From Octopus sinensis (Eukaryota): DNA of 64,000 nt. The DNA lies in contig NC_043002.1 of the NCBI RefSeq assembly GCF_006345805.1, forward strand, positions 23,560,001-23,624,000, read 5' to 3'. Of the stretch, positions 11,852-24,582 are shown piece by piece. The number at the start of each line of letters is the position of its first letter. Position 1 is the stretch's first letter. The notes under the pieces were generated by a model that did no database searches, had not been told where the DNA came from, and saw nothing but the letters and a program-made list of their open reading frames with translations. A program made the position numbers and the translations under genes.

Positions 11852-12455
11852 CGAGGGCTGTTGATTAAAGATTTCCCCTGACCCACTTGTGGTTATTGCA
11901 AGAAATGGAACTTGTACAGGTATAATCATACATGTCACATTGTAAATTGCAGCTTTCCATTAGTATTCATTTGTCTGCTGAAGTGGACTAAGTTATTATA
12001 ATGGAGGCAGCTGAATGGAGATCAGCGATCAGGTTCTTATACTTGAAAGGTTCTACACCAAAAGAAACTTTCAATGAGATGAAAGAAGTTTATGGTGATG
12101 GTGCACCATCATATGAAGAAGTCAATTACTGACATCATCAGTTCACATGTGGTTAGACATCAGTGGAAACTGCTCCTATTCCTGGATGATGGCCACACTA
12201 TGCCATTGATGATAACACCATCCATAAAGTGGAAGTTGCCATGTTGAAGGATTGCTGCATGATTATTCAGCAACAAGCCCAAGAAGTGAAGGTAAGTGTA
12301 GGGTCTGTGGAAAAAATCATTCATGACCACTTGCACTTGTGGAAGTTGTCTGCATGATGGATTCCCAGATGCTCACACTTTCTCAGAAGTAGAAACAAGT
12401 CAATTGCTTTCAGGCTCTTTTGGCAATGTGCCAAGAAAACAAGGAGGACTTTTTC
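11850..12455 (+). mobile_element. Mariner 5' half (TIR plus N-terminal transposase pseudogene)
   Basis: Starts TA-cgagggctg. From ATG 12001: MEAAEWRSAIRFLYLKGSTPKETFNEMKEVYGDGAPSY...KLSA*WIPR (WVPHEL-like). Contains stops. Confidence 0.8.
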
Positions 12456-12477
12456 TGCAGACTAATCACACAGGATT

Positions 12478-12583
12478 AAACATAAGTACTAGGCTTACAA
12501 ATAATAAGTCCTGGGGGTCGATTTGTTTGACTAAAGACAGTGCCCCAGCATGGCCGCAGTCAAATGACTGAAACAAATAAAAG
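12478..12583 (+). mobile_element. SINE family A 3' tail
   Basis: ataagtactaggcttacaa...ggggtcgatttg...ccagcatggccgcagtcaaatgactgaaacaa. Confidence 0.7.
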
Positions 12584-12807
12584 AATGTATATATGTATAC
12601 ATGCATATATGTGTGCATTACTGTCTCTTTGCCTTGATAGTTATAATTGAATGTCCAACATGCAGGCAGTAGCCTTTGTTTCCTACCACACTTGGAAACA
12701 AGTGAAGGTTGGCGATATGAAGGGTATCTGCCTCAAAAACGTCCATATGACCCATCCAAGCATGGAGAAGTGAATGTTAAATAATAATCATGTGTGTATA
12801 TATATAC

Positions 12808-12838
<31 letters not shown>

Positions 12839-12845
12839 CATATAG

Positions 12846-12949
<104 letters not shown>

Positions 12950-12951
12950 TA

Positions 12952-14030
12952 TCATCATCATCATCATCATCATCATTTAGCGTTCGCTTTCCATGCTAGC
13001 ATGGGTTGGACGGTTTAACTGGGGTCTGTGAAGCCGGAAGGCTGCATCAGGCCCAGTCTGATCTTGCAGTGTTTCTACGGCTGGATGCCCTTCCTAACGC
13101 CAACCACTCTGTGAGTGTAGTGGGTGCTTTTTACATGTCACCCGCACAGGTGCCAGACGGAGCTGGCAAACAGCCATGAACGGATGGTGCTTTTACGTGC
13201 CACCGGCACGGGGGCCAGGCGAGGCTGGCAACGGACTCGAACAGATGGTGCTTTTACGTGCCACCGGCACGGAGGCCAGACGGGGTGGCGCCGGCAACGG
13301 CCACGATCAGATGGTTCGCTTAACCACAGCTGCAATTTTCACTGATGTTGATTGACCTCAATTTTGGTTCTACTTTCTGATATCTGATTTGATTTGGTTT
13401 GATCTTGATTTCGAATTTGACTGTTCCCACTGGTCTTGCCAGGTCTTCTCACGCACAGCATACTTCCATAGGTCTCGGTCTCTAGTCATTTCCTTGGTGA
13501 GACCTAAAGTTCGAAGGTCATGCTTCACCACCTCGTCCCAGGTTTTCCTGGGTCTACCTCTTCCACAGGTCCCCTCAACTGCCAGGGTGTGGCACTTTCG
13601 CACACAACTATCTTCAGCCATTCTCGTCACATGACCATACCAGCGCAAACATCTCTCTTGCACACAACAACTGATGCTTCTTAGGTCCAACTTTTCTCTC
13701 AAGGTACTTACACTCTGTCGATTATGAACACTGACATTACACATCCATCGGAGAATACTAGCTTCATATCTTGCGAGCTTACGCAAATCCTCAGCAGTCA
13801 CAGCCCAAGTTTCACTACTATGTAGCATGGCTGTACGTACACATGCATCATACAGTCTGCCTTTTACTTTGAGCGAGAGGCCTTTTGTCACCAGCAGGAG
13901 TAAGAGCTCTCTAAACTTTGCCCAGGCTATTCTTACTCTAGCAGTTACACTTTCAGCACACCCGCCCCAACTACTGACTTGGTCACCTAGGTAGCGGAAG
14001 CTATCAACTACTTCTAGTTTTTCTCCCTGG
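12952..14030 (-). mobile_element. 5'-truncated RTE-clade LINE
   Basis: ORF 13370-14056: GEKLEVVDSFRYLGD...LYDACVRTAMLHSSETW...RWYGHVTRM...GRGRPRKTWDEVV; (GAT)n tail. Confidence 0.9.
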
Positions 14031-14171
14031 AACTTGGTAAGAGATAATGGCGTCATTGAGACCCAAAGGTGTCAGGTAATGCTGAATAAATGCTATAGAC
14101 AGACCATAGTTAAGTTCCAGATTCGGTAATATTGCGAATAAGGGGTTCAACGTTGGTTCTGTCAGCGAGTG

Positions 14172-14305
14172 TATATATGAATTTTTTTCGTAATGAGATA
14201 AAAAATCCAAGGCTGTGTAGCTATTAGAGCACTTATATATATAAATGCTATAATATCTACACAGCCTTGGCTTTTTTATCTCATTACAAAAAAAATTCAT
14301 ATATA
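14172..14305. repeat. Foldback palindrome, ~48-bp near-identical arms centred on a short TA run
   Basis: Left arm atatatgaatttttttcgtaatgagataaaaaatccaaggctgtgtag; right-arm reverse complement atatatgaattttttttgtaatgagataaaaaagccaaggctgtgtag. Confidence 0.85.
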
Positions 14306-14317
14306 TATATACATATC

Positions 14318-14540
14318 TCCATCATCATCAACATTTAACGACTGTTTTCCATGCTGGCATGGGTTGAACAGCTTGACAGGAACTGGCAAGACCAAGGGCT
14401 ACACCAGGTTCTATAGTCTGTTTTAGCTTGGTTTCCATGGTTGGATGCCCTTCCTAATGCCAACCACTCTAGAGTGTACTGGGTACTTTTTACATAGCAC
14501 CCACACCAATGCTTTTTATGTGGCACCTTGGTTTTAGGAT
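14318..14540 (-). mobile_element. Diverged RTE 3' end
   Basis: catcatcatc...ttccatgctggcatgggttg...ggatgcccttcctaatgccaaccact. Confidence 0.75.
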
Positions 14541-15371
14541 ATAAATATATACATATATACACATGCATACATAAAACATATATATGCACACACACACACA
14601 TACACATGTGTATTAAGTGTTTGAAATGATGTAGAGATATTGTATATTAAGAAAAAAGAGGCAGTCAGAATTTTGGTTAATTCTTTATTAGCACTTTCAT
14701 CCATTCATAAAACACACACACACACACACACACACAGAGAAATCATTGATGATTCACCAAAATTTATAAATTACAGAATCAAACAAATGTAGAGTATTCT
14801 TTAAAAATTATAACCGAAGAATTATGATTTCCAACTATTCATTTCCAATTACCAGCTGGTAAACCAAGCCTGGTTTTCTTTTGAAATATGAAATGCAAGT
14901 TTGAAGGACCCATTTGAAGGACACACTTATCCTTATGTTCTTTCATTTAAAATCCTTTGTGAACAGCATACAGAAATGACTGCTTGAAGCTGAAGCTTTT
15001 GATTTCATTTCTGGTTCTCATGGTGATATTATTTTAAATGTCATAAATTCTATATAATCAAAGTCATGAAACTCTGTTACTGTTTAAGCAATATTCCAAA
15101 ATAATATGTTGAAGTAATACTTTCAATTAACATTTTTAATTAATGTAAACTTTCTTCCAACCACTCATATTTTCTAAAAATTTTACCTGAATATTTTCCA
15201 AAAATGTACTTTTGAAGTAGTTTTTCTATCCATATATTTAATAATTGTTTGACTCCCTTCCACATTACTTACAATTTCATGGATGTAGAACATGTTCACA
15301 TCATATTCAGAGACAGAATATCTAAATATCTGATGATGTGGATATGTTCTATGCCTATGAAAATTTAAGCA

Positions 15372-15705
15372 ACATGGGGCTGAGTCATGAAACTGTTATT
15401 GGCACGTAAAAAACACCATTCGAGCGTGATCGTTACCAGCATCACCTTACTGGCACTTGAGCCGGTCTGCAAGTGACACATAAAAAAAAACGCAATTTTT
15501 CCATGACCGTTGCCAGTACCGCCTGACTGGCACATAGAAGCACCCACTACACTCTGAGAGTGGTTGGCTTTAGGAAGTGTATCCAGCTGTAAAAACTCTG
15601 CCAAATCAAGATTGGAGTCTGGTGCAGCCATCTGGTTCGTCAGTCCTCAGTCCAATCGTCCAACCCATGCTAGCATGGAAAGCGGACGTTAAATGATGAT
15701 GATGA
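15372..15705 (+). mobile_element. RTE 3' UTR fragment
   Basis: agcacccactacactctgagagtggttgg...ccaacccatgctagcatggaaagcggacgttaaatgatgatgat. Confidence 0.8.
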
Positions 15706-15724
15706 ATGGATAAAGATCCTTTCT

Positions 15725-15950
15725 GAGGCATATAGACTCATAGAGCCAGTTTCCCAATTACCATGGTGTATATATTCTCCACCAGAATGGGATGCAAGAT
15801 TACTTATTTCTGCCAGCTCAGTGGACTAGAGCAATGTGAAATGAAGTGTTTTGCTCAAGAACACAATGTGTCACCCAGTCCAGAGATCAAAACCACAATC
15901 TTATGATCATGAGTCCAACACCCTAACCATTAAGCCATGCTTCTCCACTA
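15725..15950 (-). mobile_element. tRNA-derived SINE (family D), diverged
   Basis: Minus head gtggagaagcatggcttaatggttagggtgttggactc; related to 61090-61330 and 52589-52884. Confidence 0.55.
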
Positions 15951-16007
15951 TTGAAAATAACTCTTAATCAAATGTGTTGGATGCAATATTCTTTCATTTG
16001 TTTCACT

Positions 16008-16146
16008 CAGACATGGCCGTGTGGTTGAGAAGTTTGCTTTCCAACCACATAGTTTGAAGTCCCCTTCCACTGTAAGGTGCCTTGGGCAACTAGCTTCTAC
16101 TATAATCTTGGGGCAACCAAAACTTTGAGTAAATTTAGTAGACAGA
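16008..16146 (+). mobile_element. SINE family A 5' part
   Basis: catggccgtgtggttgagaagtttgctttccaaccacat...ccttgggcaa...tttagtagacagaaa. Confidence 0.7.
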
Positions 16147-17049
16147 AAGGCGGCAAGCTGGCAGAAACGTTAGCATGCTGGGTGAAATGCTTAGCGATAT
16201 TTCGTCTGATGTTATGTTCTGAGTTCAAATTCCACCAAGGTCAACTATGACTTTCATCCTTTCAGGGTTGATAAATAAAGTACCAGTTACGTACTGGGGT
16301 CAATCTAATCGACTTAATCCCTCTGTCTGTCCTTGTTTGTCCCCTCTATGTTTAGCCCCTTGTGGGCAATAAAGAAATAAGAAACATTAGTATCAAAACC
16401 TACCACTCACTGCGCCACGGAAGACGCTGCCAGCTACCACCAATCAACAAAAAGGCTGGCCAGGCAGCAAAAACCCTGCAAGAGTCAAGTCTGTTGGTTC
16501 GAGGAGCACAACTATTCAACTCCATTCCGGTACATGTCAGAAATCTATCAGGATGCAGTGTGGAATCATTCAAATTGCAGCTGGATATATACTTAAGCAC
16601 CATTAGAGATGAACCCCATCTCCCAGGATATACACAACGAGCACAAACTGACTCAAACTCGCTTCTACACATGTCAAAATTAAACAGAGAATACAACCTG
16701 GCAACCACACCAGACTCTGAGGGTGGAGTCTTCGACTTGGCCTGAGCATGGACTCAAACTCAAATGAAATGAAATATGTTGGGTGAAATGCTTAGCAGTA
16801 TTTCGTCTTTTTAAGGCAGCGAGCTGGCAGAAACATTAGCACGCCGGGCGAAATGCTTAGTGGTATTTCGTCTGCTGCTACATTCTGAGTTCAAATTCCG
16901 CCGAGGTTGACTTTGCCTTTCATCCTTTCGGGGTCGATTAAATAAGTACCAGTTAGGTACTGGGGTCGATATAATTGACTTAATCCATTTTTCTTTCCTT
17001 GTTTGTCCCCTATATGTTTAGCTCCCTGTGGGCAGTAAAGAAATAAGAA
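16147..17049 (+). mobile_element. Tandem SINE family B array interrupted by a LINE 3' fragment
   Basis: aaggcggc-agctggcagaaacgttagca...ctgagttcaaattcc...ctttcatcctttcggggtcgat...agtaccag core (Nin/Deu-like domain). The second unit is split between gaaacattag (16390) and atgttgggtgaaatgc (16776). Confidence 0.85.
16391..16775 (+). mobile_element. CR1/L2-group LINE 3' fragment with (AAATG)n tail
   Basis: RHGRRC...RGAQLFNSIP...FKLQLDIYL...DEP..PGY...SNSL C-terminus; stop at 16745; tail caaatgaaatgaaat. Confidence 0.7.
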
Positions 17050-17558
17050 AGTGAACAAAGTCCATTTCATATTCGTGTCTGTGTATGTTTATGTCACCTT
17101 GTCTTGATATCATATGACTAGTCTACAAGTGTCTCTGTCATACAAGTGGCGTCTTTGTTTCTAGTCTTGCATGAAAACACGTTCATCAACAGGGAAATAT
17201 TAGCTTGCTTGGAAATACATAAGAGTCACGACATGAAAGGCACATAACCATAGAAAATTTGCTTCAATGACACATCATGCAAGCATAGAAAAGTGGATGT
17301 TAAAGCAATAATGATGATGATGATGTTATATATATAGGCATACATATATATGTATAAACACACACATTTCTTCCTGATATGTTTATAAGAAGAGAGTGCT
17401 CATATATAAAGTACTTGATACTTCAGCAAGTAGAGTGTGCTATATATATATTTCTAATTAGGTGGGTTTTAGACAGACACACACACACATATATTTATAT
17501 ATATATATATACATACATATATATAATATACATACATATATATATATAATATATATAC

Positions 17559-17613
<55 letters not shown>

Positions 17614-18002
17614 CACACACATATATTTATATAATATATATATACACACATATATTTATATAGATATACATTATAAATATATGTGTGTGTGGTGTGTGTG
17701 TATACATATATATATGTATCTATAATGAAGAGCATATGAATTTTCTGGGGGCATAAAGTGTGCAACATGGGGGAGCTAATTAATTTGGGTCAGAAAATAT
17801 ACAACACACACTACTTTCTGTAGTATTATGGCCATTTTTTTTTGTTGTTGCTGTGAACCTAGTTCTTTTGAACAAGAATACAGGAATATTAATCTGCTCC
17901 CCAGTGTTGAGGACCTCTATACAAATTTTAAATATGTATATGTCTTTATAAAACTCACCTACCACATGTGTGTGTGTGTGTGTGTGTGTATAGGGAGAAT
18001 TC

Positions 18003-18088
18003 ACAAAAAAGACAAAAGACGGAGACAGGTGGAGTAGAAAACAGATGTATTAGTATAACGCTCAGGAATTGAAAAGTCTTTAACGTTT
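18003..18088 (-). mobile_element. 3' part of the hammerhead-motif short element (same family as 7338-7530)
   Basis: Reverse complement aaacgttaaagacttttcaattcctgagcgttatactaatacatctg...ctccacctgtctccgtcttttgtc; flanked by CA/TA repeats. Confidence 0.6.
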
Positions 18089-18154
18089 ACACACACACAT
18101 ATACCATGCATACATATATATATATGATGGTATACATATATATATATATATATA

Positions 18155-19645
18155 GGAGAGTCTGCCAAACCTAGTATTTTATCTTAACACTGGTTCCCAT
18201 ATTACATTCATATCTGCACTAGGTCTGCTTAGGAGGTTATTGTGTTCTAGCATATGTGCAGCCTCTATTAAATTTCATATTTTCCTGTGGTGTTCTCTGT
18301 CAACTATTTTAACTTCATTCCACAGTGGGAGGTGGTCCCTTTTTTCCCTTACACGATCGGCTATATCCGATTTTTCAATATCCCCCAGCTTTACGATGTT
18401 CCTCTACCCTTACTTTAAGGGGGCAGCATGTTTCACCTTTGTATAGCCTACCACCACTGCATGGGATAGAGTACATGTAGTTTTTAGTCATATTCTCTTC
18501 AGTGGGTGGTTTTACTCGGAGAAGATATTTGTGAAGTGTTGTATTACTTCTGAATACTGTCCTGATATATGGACCGCATATCTTTTGTATCTTTTCTGAG
18601 AGGCCTTTAACATAGGGTAGACAAACTGTGCTCAGTTTATGGGTTTCATCCCCTCTCCTCTTCCTAGTTGGAATGGATAGTATGTTCTTTGTTTTCAGAG
18701 TTGGGTCTTGCGAATTTTTCATCACCACCATAGCATTGCCCTTGTTCGCCGGAAGTATTATGACGGAACCGTCACTAATGTTCCTTAGTGATATTTGGTT
18801 TGGGAAGTTTCGCTTTCTCTAGTACCTGTCCCACTTTCCACCTTAGTTCATCTCACTGAACTTTTGGTATCTTTAGGCTATCTCTTCAATAGGAGCTATT
18901 ATGTCCAAGTATGGAATGTGCTTGATGATTGTCACAAAGTTGAGACCTTCGTTTAGAACTTACTGCTTCTTCAGAGTTGTCCAGATGTCAGCTACTTATG
19001 TTAATTACTGCTTTCACTGGCAGGTGACAAACTTTGGTCTTTATTCTCTGACCCTTGAGCTTCCTAAGCTTCTTAATCTGGCATGTCTTCACCTTCTCAA
19101 ACTCTTTCTTGTACAACTTTTCTAGATCTTGTTGGATTTTTTCTCTGTCATCTCAGGTTATTCTACCAAGTAATGAAGATAACCTGTCTCCGATTTTGTT
19201 ATTTAGTTGATGTTTTTTCCAATGGTTATAATGGATCCTCTCACAGACAAGGGCATGCCCTGCTCTTTCCGCTACTCTTCAAGCTTTATTTGAATCCACA
19301 GATGCCGTTATAGTCAAGCCAGGTGATATTAGCTTTGAGTCTCTACATCTCCACAGGAACGTTAGATGGTTTGAATTTCTGATGGAGTTTCTCTGCATGT
19401 CTCCATTAAGTCTAATACCGGCTCTGTACCAATTAGATACTATATTTTGGGGATGAGGAATTATGTACATTATTTACAATGGACAAATGTCCTCATCTTC
19501 TTTGTTGTTATCACATTTCAGCTGATGTACTCTCTAGCCTTCGTCAGGTGTTTTGGTGGAATTTCGAACCCAATCCTTTATTTGACTAATAGGATAAACA
19601 GTTCTTATTCCTAAGGTATGTTGCTGATGGTATTTTTCTGTTGAC
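18155..19645 (-). mobile_element. Penelope-like element with the RT core deleted
   Basis: Minus frames, in order: NHLTFLWRCRDSKLISPGL (PLE N-terminus); AKLPKPNITKE..DGSVIILPANKGNAMVVM (pre-RT); CLPYVKGLSEKI...YSIPC..LYKGET..LKVRVEEH...KSDIA...W.EVKI (GIY-YIG). Confidence 0.85.
19511..19552 (-). ncRNA. Hammerhead ribozyme remnant in the PLE 5' pseudo-LTR
   Basis: Minus CAC-CUGACGA-A-GGCU(12 nt)AGCU-GAAA-UG: canonical CUGANGA, 4-bp stem II, GAAA. The cleavage region is decayed. Confidence 0.55.
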
Positions 19646-19927
19646 ATTATTTTTAAAGTCCCTGCTTGGGATTGAACTTAGAAACTGAGGGTTAGTAGCC
19701 CGTGCTCTTATCCACTATGCTATTTGCCTGTGGGCATAGAGTGTAGTGGAGCCTCCCAGCATGATCAAACCATCTAACCCATGCCAGCATGGACAACAGG
19801 CATTAAATGATGATGATGTATATATATATTTTTTTAATTTGTTCATGGGAAACATTTTGAATACGCAAGTAAAGCTCCTATTCCATTATGCCGGCATCAG
19901 TCTAATGATGCTGTTCTGATATAATAA

Positions 19928-20279
19928 TCTCTATATATATAAACGGCAAAATGTCTGTGTGTGTGTCCTTTATACAAATCCACAATTTTTCAGTTAGAGG
20001 GCTCGCACTTTCTATGGTCATTCAAAACCGTCGAAGGGTGGTTGTGCACATCTTTACATTTCCCCAGTCACCCTGCAAAGCCATTAAAAAAATCAATACA
20101 AGTGACTTTTTTGTGAATTTTCTATCCAAAACCCAAAACTTGATATGCCAATTGAATGCCAGGTAGCTGTATGTGATTGGTCGGAGATTTGGACAGTACT
20201 CGCGTGTATGTGCACACACACACAGCTGTATATGCATGCACTAGCAGTATGACCCGGCAACGCCAGGTCATAGTGCTAG
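19928..20279 (+). mobile_element. Non-autonomous Helitron (352 bp)
   Basis: Inserted between A19927 and T20280; 5' TC, then TA-rich and (TG)n; 3' hairpin gacc-cggcaacgcca-ggtc and terminal CTAG. Confidence 0.85.
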
Positions 20280-20322
20280 TTTACGATAAATATAGTAATA
20301 ACAATAATCCTTGAATGAAATA

Positions 20323-20566
20323 TATAAACATTTAATACATTGCTACGTGCTTTTCCACAATTCATGTCTCTTAAGATCACAGTCCATACTCCTGGGATGA
20401 TTACAGTGTAGTCTGTAGCATCTGTAGGCATCAAGTAGATCATCTTCATGGATTCAATTCTTCAGGCGATATTGCCTGAAGAAATGAATCCTCGAAGATG
20501 CGGATTGTGATCTAAAGAGACATGTAATTTGTGGAAATGCACGTAGCGAGACATTGAATGTTTATA
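20323..20566. repeat. Long imperfect foldback (MITE-like) element with a ~54-bp insertion in the left arm
   Basis: Inner 17-bp stem 20451-20467/20474-20490 (16/17 match). Outer arms gctacgtgc-tttccacaa...catgtctctt-agatcaca-tcc pair across 20342-20385 and 20502-20546. Confidence 0.8.
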
Positions 20567-20833
20567 AATTCCATCCAAGGATTATAGTTATTACTATATA
20601 CATACACACACACACAGACATATTCAAATCTATAAATACATACATATGCATAAATTTTATTTGGGTGTTGAAGAATCAATCTTTGATTTCGAGTCTATGA
20701 CACTGCATGTATCAATGGTTGCATATATTATTACATAACATAGCAATGATCATGAGATAATTGTAAATCAATGAAATAAAAGTTGGTTACTCCGTTGTCC
20801 TTGGTTAAAATATGGATGTATATGTGCATGCAT

Positions 20834-21219
20834 AAAGTGAGCTGGCAGAAACATTAGCACGCCGGGCAAAATGCTTAGCGGTATTTCGTCTGCCGTTACA
20901 TTCTGAGTTCAAATTCCACCAAGGTCGACTTTGCCTTTCATCCTTTCGGGGTTGATTAAATAAGCACCAGTTACACACTGGGGTCGATATAATCGACTTA
21001 ATCCGTTTTTCTTTGTTTGCCTCCTTGTGGGTAGTAAAGAAATAGGTATTTCACCTGTCTTTATGTTCTGAGTTCAAATCCTGCCAAAGTCGACTTTGCC
21101 TTTCATCCTTAGGGATGGGGGGGGGGGCAATAAATCAAGTACCAGCTGCATACTGGGATTGATCTAATCCACTGGCCCCTTCCCCCAAAATTTCGAACCT
21201 CGTGCCTTGAGTAGAAAAG
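20834..21219 (+). mobile_element. SINE family B dimer
   Basis: Full first unit, then a second unit starting at ggtatttc with a different 3' tail. Confidence 0.85.
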
Positions 21220-21369
21220 TATATGTGCATGTGTGAGAGAGAGAGTGTAGGTATATAAATCAATCCACTGAAGATGAATACAGTACAGAAGACTTCCTAC
21301 AACCTTGTTCTAAAATAGAAAGATAATCCTAGTGTGGAGAAAACCAAAATTGTCAAAAAACAGATTAAC

Positions 21370-21560
21370 TTAGAAAAAATCCAGGAGCTAGTGATATATC
21401 AGATGAGGTTATTAAGCACAGTGGCGGACGTTTGGCCTATCTTGTGGTCACACTAATTGTTACTGGAATGGTTCTCCAGGTCCACAGGTTTTGAAAGTTG
21501 TTATGATTTCACTGTACAAAGGAAACTGTAGTAAAAGTTTGTAAGATTTTCATCAGATTC
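21370..21560 (+). mobile_element. Decayed non-LTR RT domain 0-1 fragment (RTE-like)
   Basis: PGASDISDEVIKHSGGRL...PQ..K...ISLYKG resembles K.PG.D.I..E..K.GG..L...P.....I..LYK.KG. Confidence 0.4.
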
Positions 21561-21798
21561 TATCAAATTGTCAAAATACATACAGTTGCTCTATTGTTGT
21601 CACAGAGTCTCAATATAAATTTAGATCTGGTGGAAGTGCAAGTGCAGAGACTCCCCCTTTACTAAATTTACTTGATCTAAAGAATGTATTTAGTATAGTA
21701 GAAATCCCTAAGTTGGGATGGTCACCTAAATTTATGTTTGTGCAAATACACACATGTATGAAGGCCTACTTAAATGGTGCTGTTGGAACAAATTCCAG

Positions 21799-22011
21799 TT
21801 AACCATTTAGCATTCAGATTATTCTGGCAACGAAATATTGATTTATTCATGTTGTTCTGAATTAATCATGCATCATCTTGTTGCTTTGATTTCAATATGA
21901 CTATTTTTAGAATGACATTGCAGGTCAGTGTGATAGGCCAGCTCTGGCAAGTTTAAACATAAAATAGAATATCGGGGCCAGATATGGCTGGTTTAAAATG
22001 CTAGAGATTAA
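21799..22011. mobile_element. piggyBac-like MITE
   Basis: TTAA-ccatttagcatt ... aatgctagaga-TTAA; inverted homolog at 41286-42103. Confidence 0.6.
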
Positions 22012-22348
22012 AAAGGGTAGATATATCAGCACCAACTTTATTTTCCATAGCTTTGCACTCTTTTAGTTTCACTGCAGCTTTGTGCAATTTCAAACAGGTT
22101 TGTTTAGACAACCTAGATTTTAGTCTTGACACCTTGCAGCTTGCCATGGTGTTAGGAATATTTATATTAGGTCAGTGTCTGTAAAGGAGTTCTTAAAAAA
22201 AAAAATTGTCAGAACCCTCCATTCCATTTGATAACTTAGTCTTCTTCCTCCAGCAGTCTAAAATAACCCGATGTCAACACAATTGATTTTCACACCTGGG
22301 TACATGACAATGGTAGCTGAATATTCTTCTCTACATAGCATTGTTCAG

Positions 22349-23705
22349 GTAGTTAGTTAGTTAGTTAATTTGGCTCAAAAGCAAATAGCAAGGCCATGTA
22401 GGGGGACATGGAGTTAAGTACAGGGTGGTGTTCATGTAAAGAGTTCAGGCCACTTGAGGTCAAGGGAGGCTTTGAACAAAGCGGTCGTCGGCATCTTCAC
22501 CATCTCGTCTGGCAGCTTGTTCCACGGATCCGCAACCCGGACGGAGAAAGCTCCTCTCCTTCGATTAAGATGAAATCATCGCAGGTAGAGCTTTTCGGAA
22601 TGACCCCGCAGCCGACGCTCTGGAGCAGGAGTGAAGAACAGCTCTTTCGAGAGGTTACACTTTCCGCTTATGATGTTGTGGGCGAGAATGAGATCACCAC
22701 GGCGGCGGCGTTTTTCAAGAGAATAAAGGTCGAGCGTCCTCAGCCTTTCTTCGTAGGACAAATTTTTGAGACCATGAACCATGCGGGTAGCCAGCTTCTG
22801 GACTCTTTCGAGATGCTGTATGTCTTTGAGGAGATAAGGAGAAGAGGCTTGAATCCCATACTCCAATATGGGTCTCACCAGCGTGACATAGAGTGGTAGG
22901 AATATGGCTGCTGTGAGCATTCCGAATGACCGTCGAATCAAGAACAGAATTCCGCGTGCTTTGTTGGCAGCATGGACGCACTGGGCCGAAGGCGAAAAGG
23001 AGGAATCCACCAAGATACCTAGGTCCTTTACCTGATCGGTCCTCTCCAGCAGCAGACGACCCGGCTCGAAATCAAGTTGAGTTGCAGGAGTAGAGCCGAC
23101 AGGCAGATGACAGCACTTTGACACGTTCAGACACAGGTCCCAATCGTTAGACCACTTCCAAATTTGGTGGAGGCATCGACGAAGATCCTCTATATTGCCG
23201 CGAGGAGCGACCAGTTTGATATCGTCGGCAAATAGAAGGGTGTGTTGCGTGAGGTCGTCGGGCAAGTCATTTATGAAGACTAAGAACAACAAGGGCCCAA
23301 GCACTGAACCTTGAGGCACGCCACTGCTCGCACTGGAGACGTCGGACCGCGAACCATTAACTTGGACTTGGAAGGAGCGATCTGAGAGGAAGGCACCAAC
23401 CCATCGTACAATATCCGGATGGAAACTATATGCTTGAAGCTTGACAAGTAATAGGCGGTGGTTTACCGAGTCAAAAGCTTTGGCAAAGTCCAGTAAAACG
23501 ATGTCAACAGCATCACTATCATCGAGGATGCGCGTCACCAATTCTTCCATTACTAGTAAGTTGGTCAAGCATGATCTCTTCGGCATGAAGCCGTGTTGGG
23601 AATCAGAGATAGAGGCTGTGTTTAGGAGGTGGAGCATCATACTTTTCTTAAGGATGGTTTCGAACATCTTGCTGATAATTGATGTATGGGAAACCGGTCG
23701 GTAGC
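22349..23705 (-). mobile_element. 5'-truncated CR1-clade LINE (RT plus C-terminus, (TAAC)n tail)
   Basis: ORF 22576-23667: QHGF, LDFAKAFDSV, GVPQGSVLGP, LFADDIK, VKDLG. One in-frame stop near the C-terminus; ttagttagttag tail. Confidence 0.92.
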
Positions 23706-24582
23706 CTCATTCAGGATAATTCTGCATACTCTCACTTGTAAGAAAAAGCTAATTCAACAGGACATCCTGGCAGTGCAACAGTCCTGCTCTAACTGCCAAC
23801 ATCCAGCCACATCTTGTATTTTCAATATTAATTTTAACAAAGGAGATTCCACCTGCTAGAAATAGCAGCAAAATCTCTATCAAAAAGGAAGGACACATCA
23901 AATAAAGTCCTAGATATATTATGGCTCAATTAAAGAAAACAAGCAGAATGTACAAGTCACTTTAACATCCACTTTTCTATGCTAGCACCACTCAAATGGC
24001 ATTTGTCAAGGAAGATTTTTCCATGGTCAGATGTCCTTCCTATTATCATCAACCAGCATCTATTTCCAAGGTAACATTTTCTCCAAAACCTGACATGTTT
24101 CACTAAAGATAACTAACATCACGTGATGATGCTCACTTAGTTACATGTTAAGAAATGGGTACACCAATGCAATACATGTATACATACAAAAAAAAAACAT
24201 CTTTTCAGTTTCCACTTACCAAATGTATTCACAAGGCTTTGGTTGGCCCTGGGCTATAGAAAACGCCATAATTTCTTAATAATGGAATTTAGGAAGCAAA
24301 TCTAACCACAAAGAACTGTCTGCACCTTATGTGCAATCATGGTGAGAAAAACACCCAAAAATAAAACATGTAATGCTGCTGAAAATCTTCTGAAGATGGT
24401 ATGACTAATTTCAATGATCAAAGTTCAAAAAGACAGCTATATGGAATATTATAACATCATCAATTCTTCATTCACTAACTCTCCTTTCAGTAAAGTAGAG
24501 GAAAAACTGAACACATCTTTCTAGCTAAATAAAAATTTCGAATTTCAATTAAAAAACGAAAAAAATTTTGGCCAATCTGATC

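Noticed and set aside
13120-13320. Direct repeats with variable spacers resembling a CRISPR array
   Set aside because: They lie in an RTE LINE 3' UTR in eukaryotic DNA, the spacers are related to each other, and there are no cas genes.
22408-22981. Antisense and alternative-frame ORFs over the CR1 copies (also 42273, 47417, 47890)
   Set aside because: They are by-products of the GC-richer LINE coding sequence.
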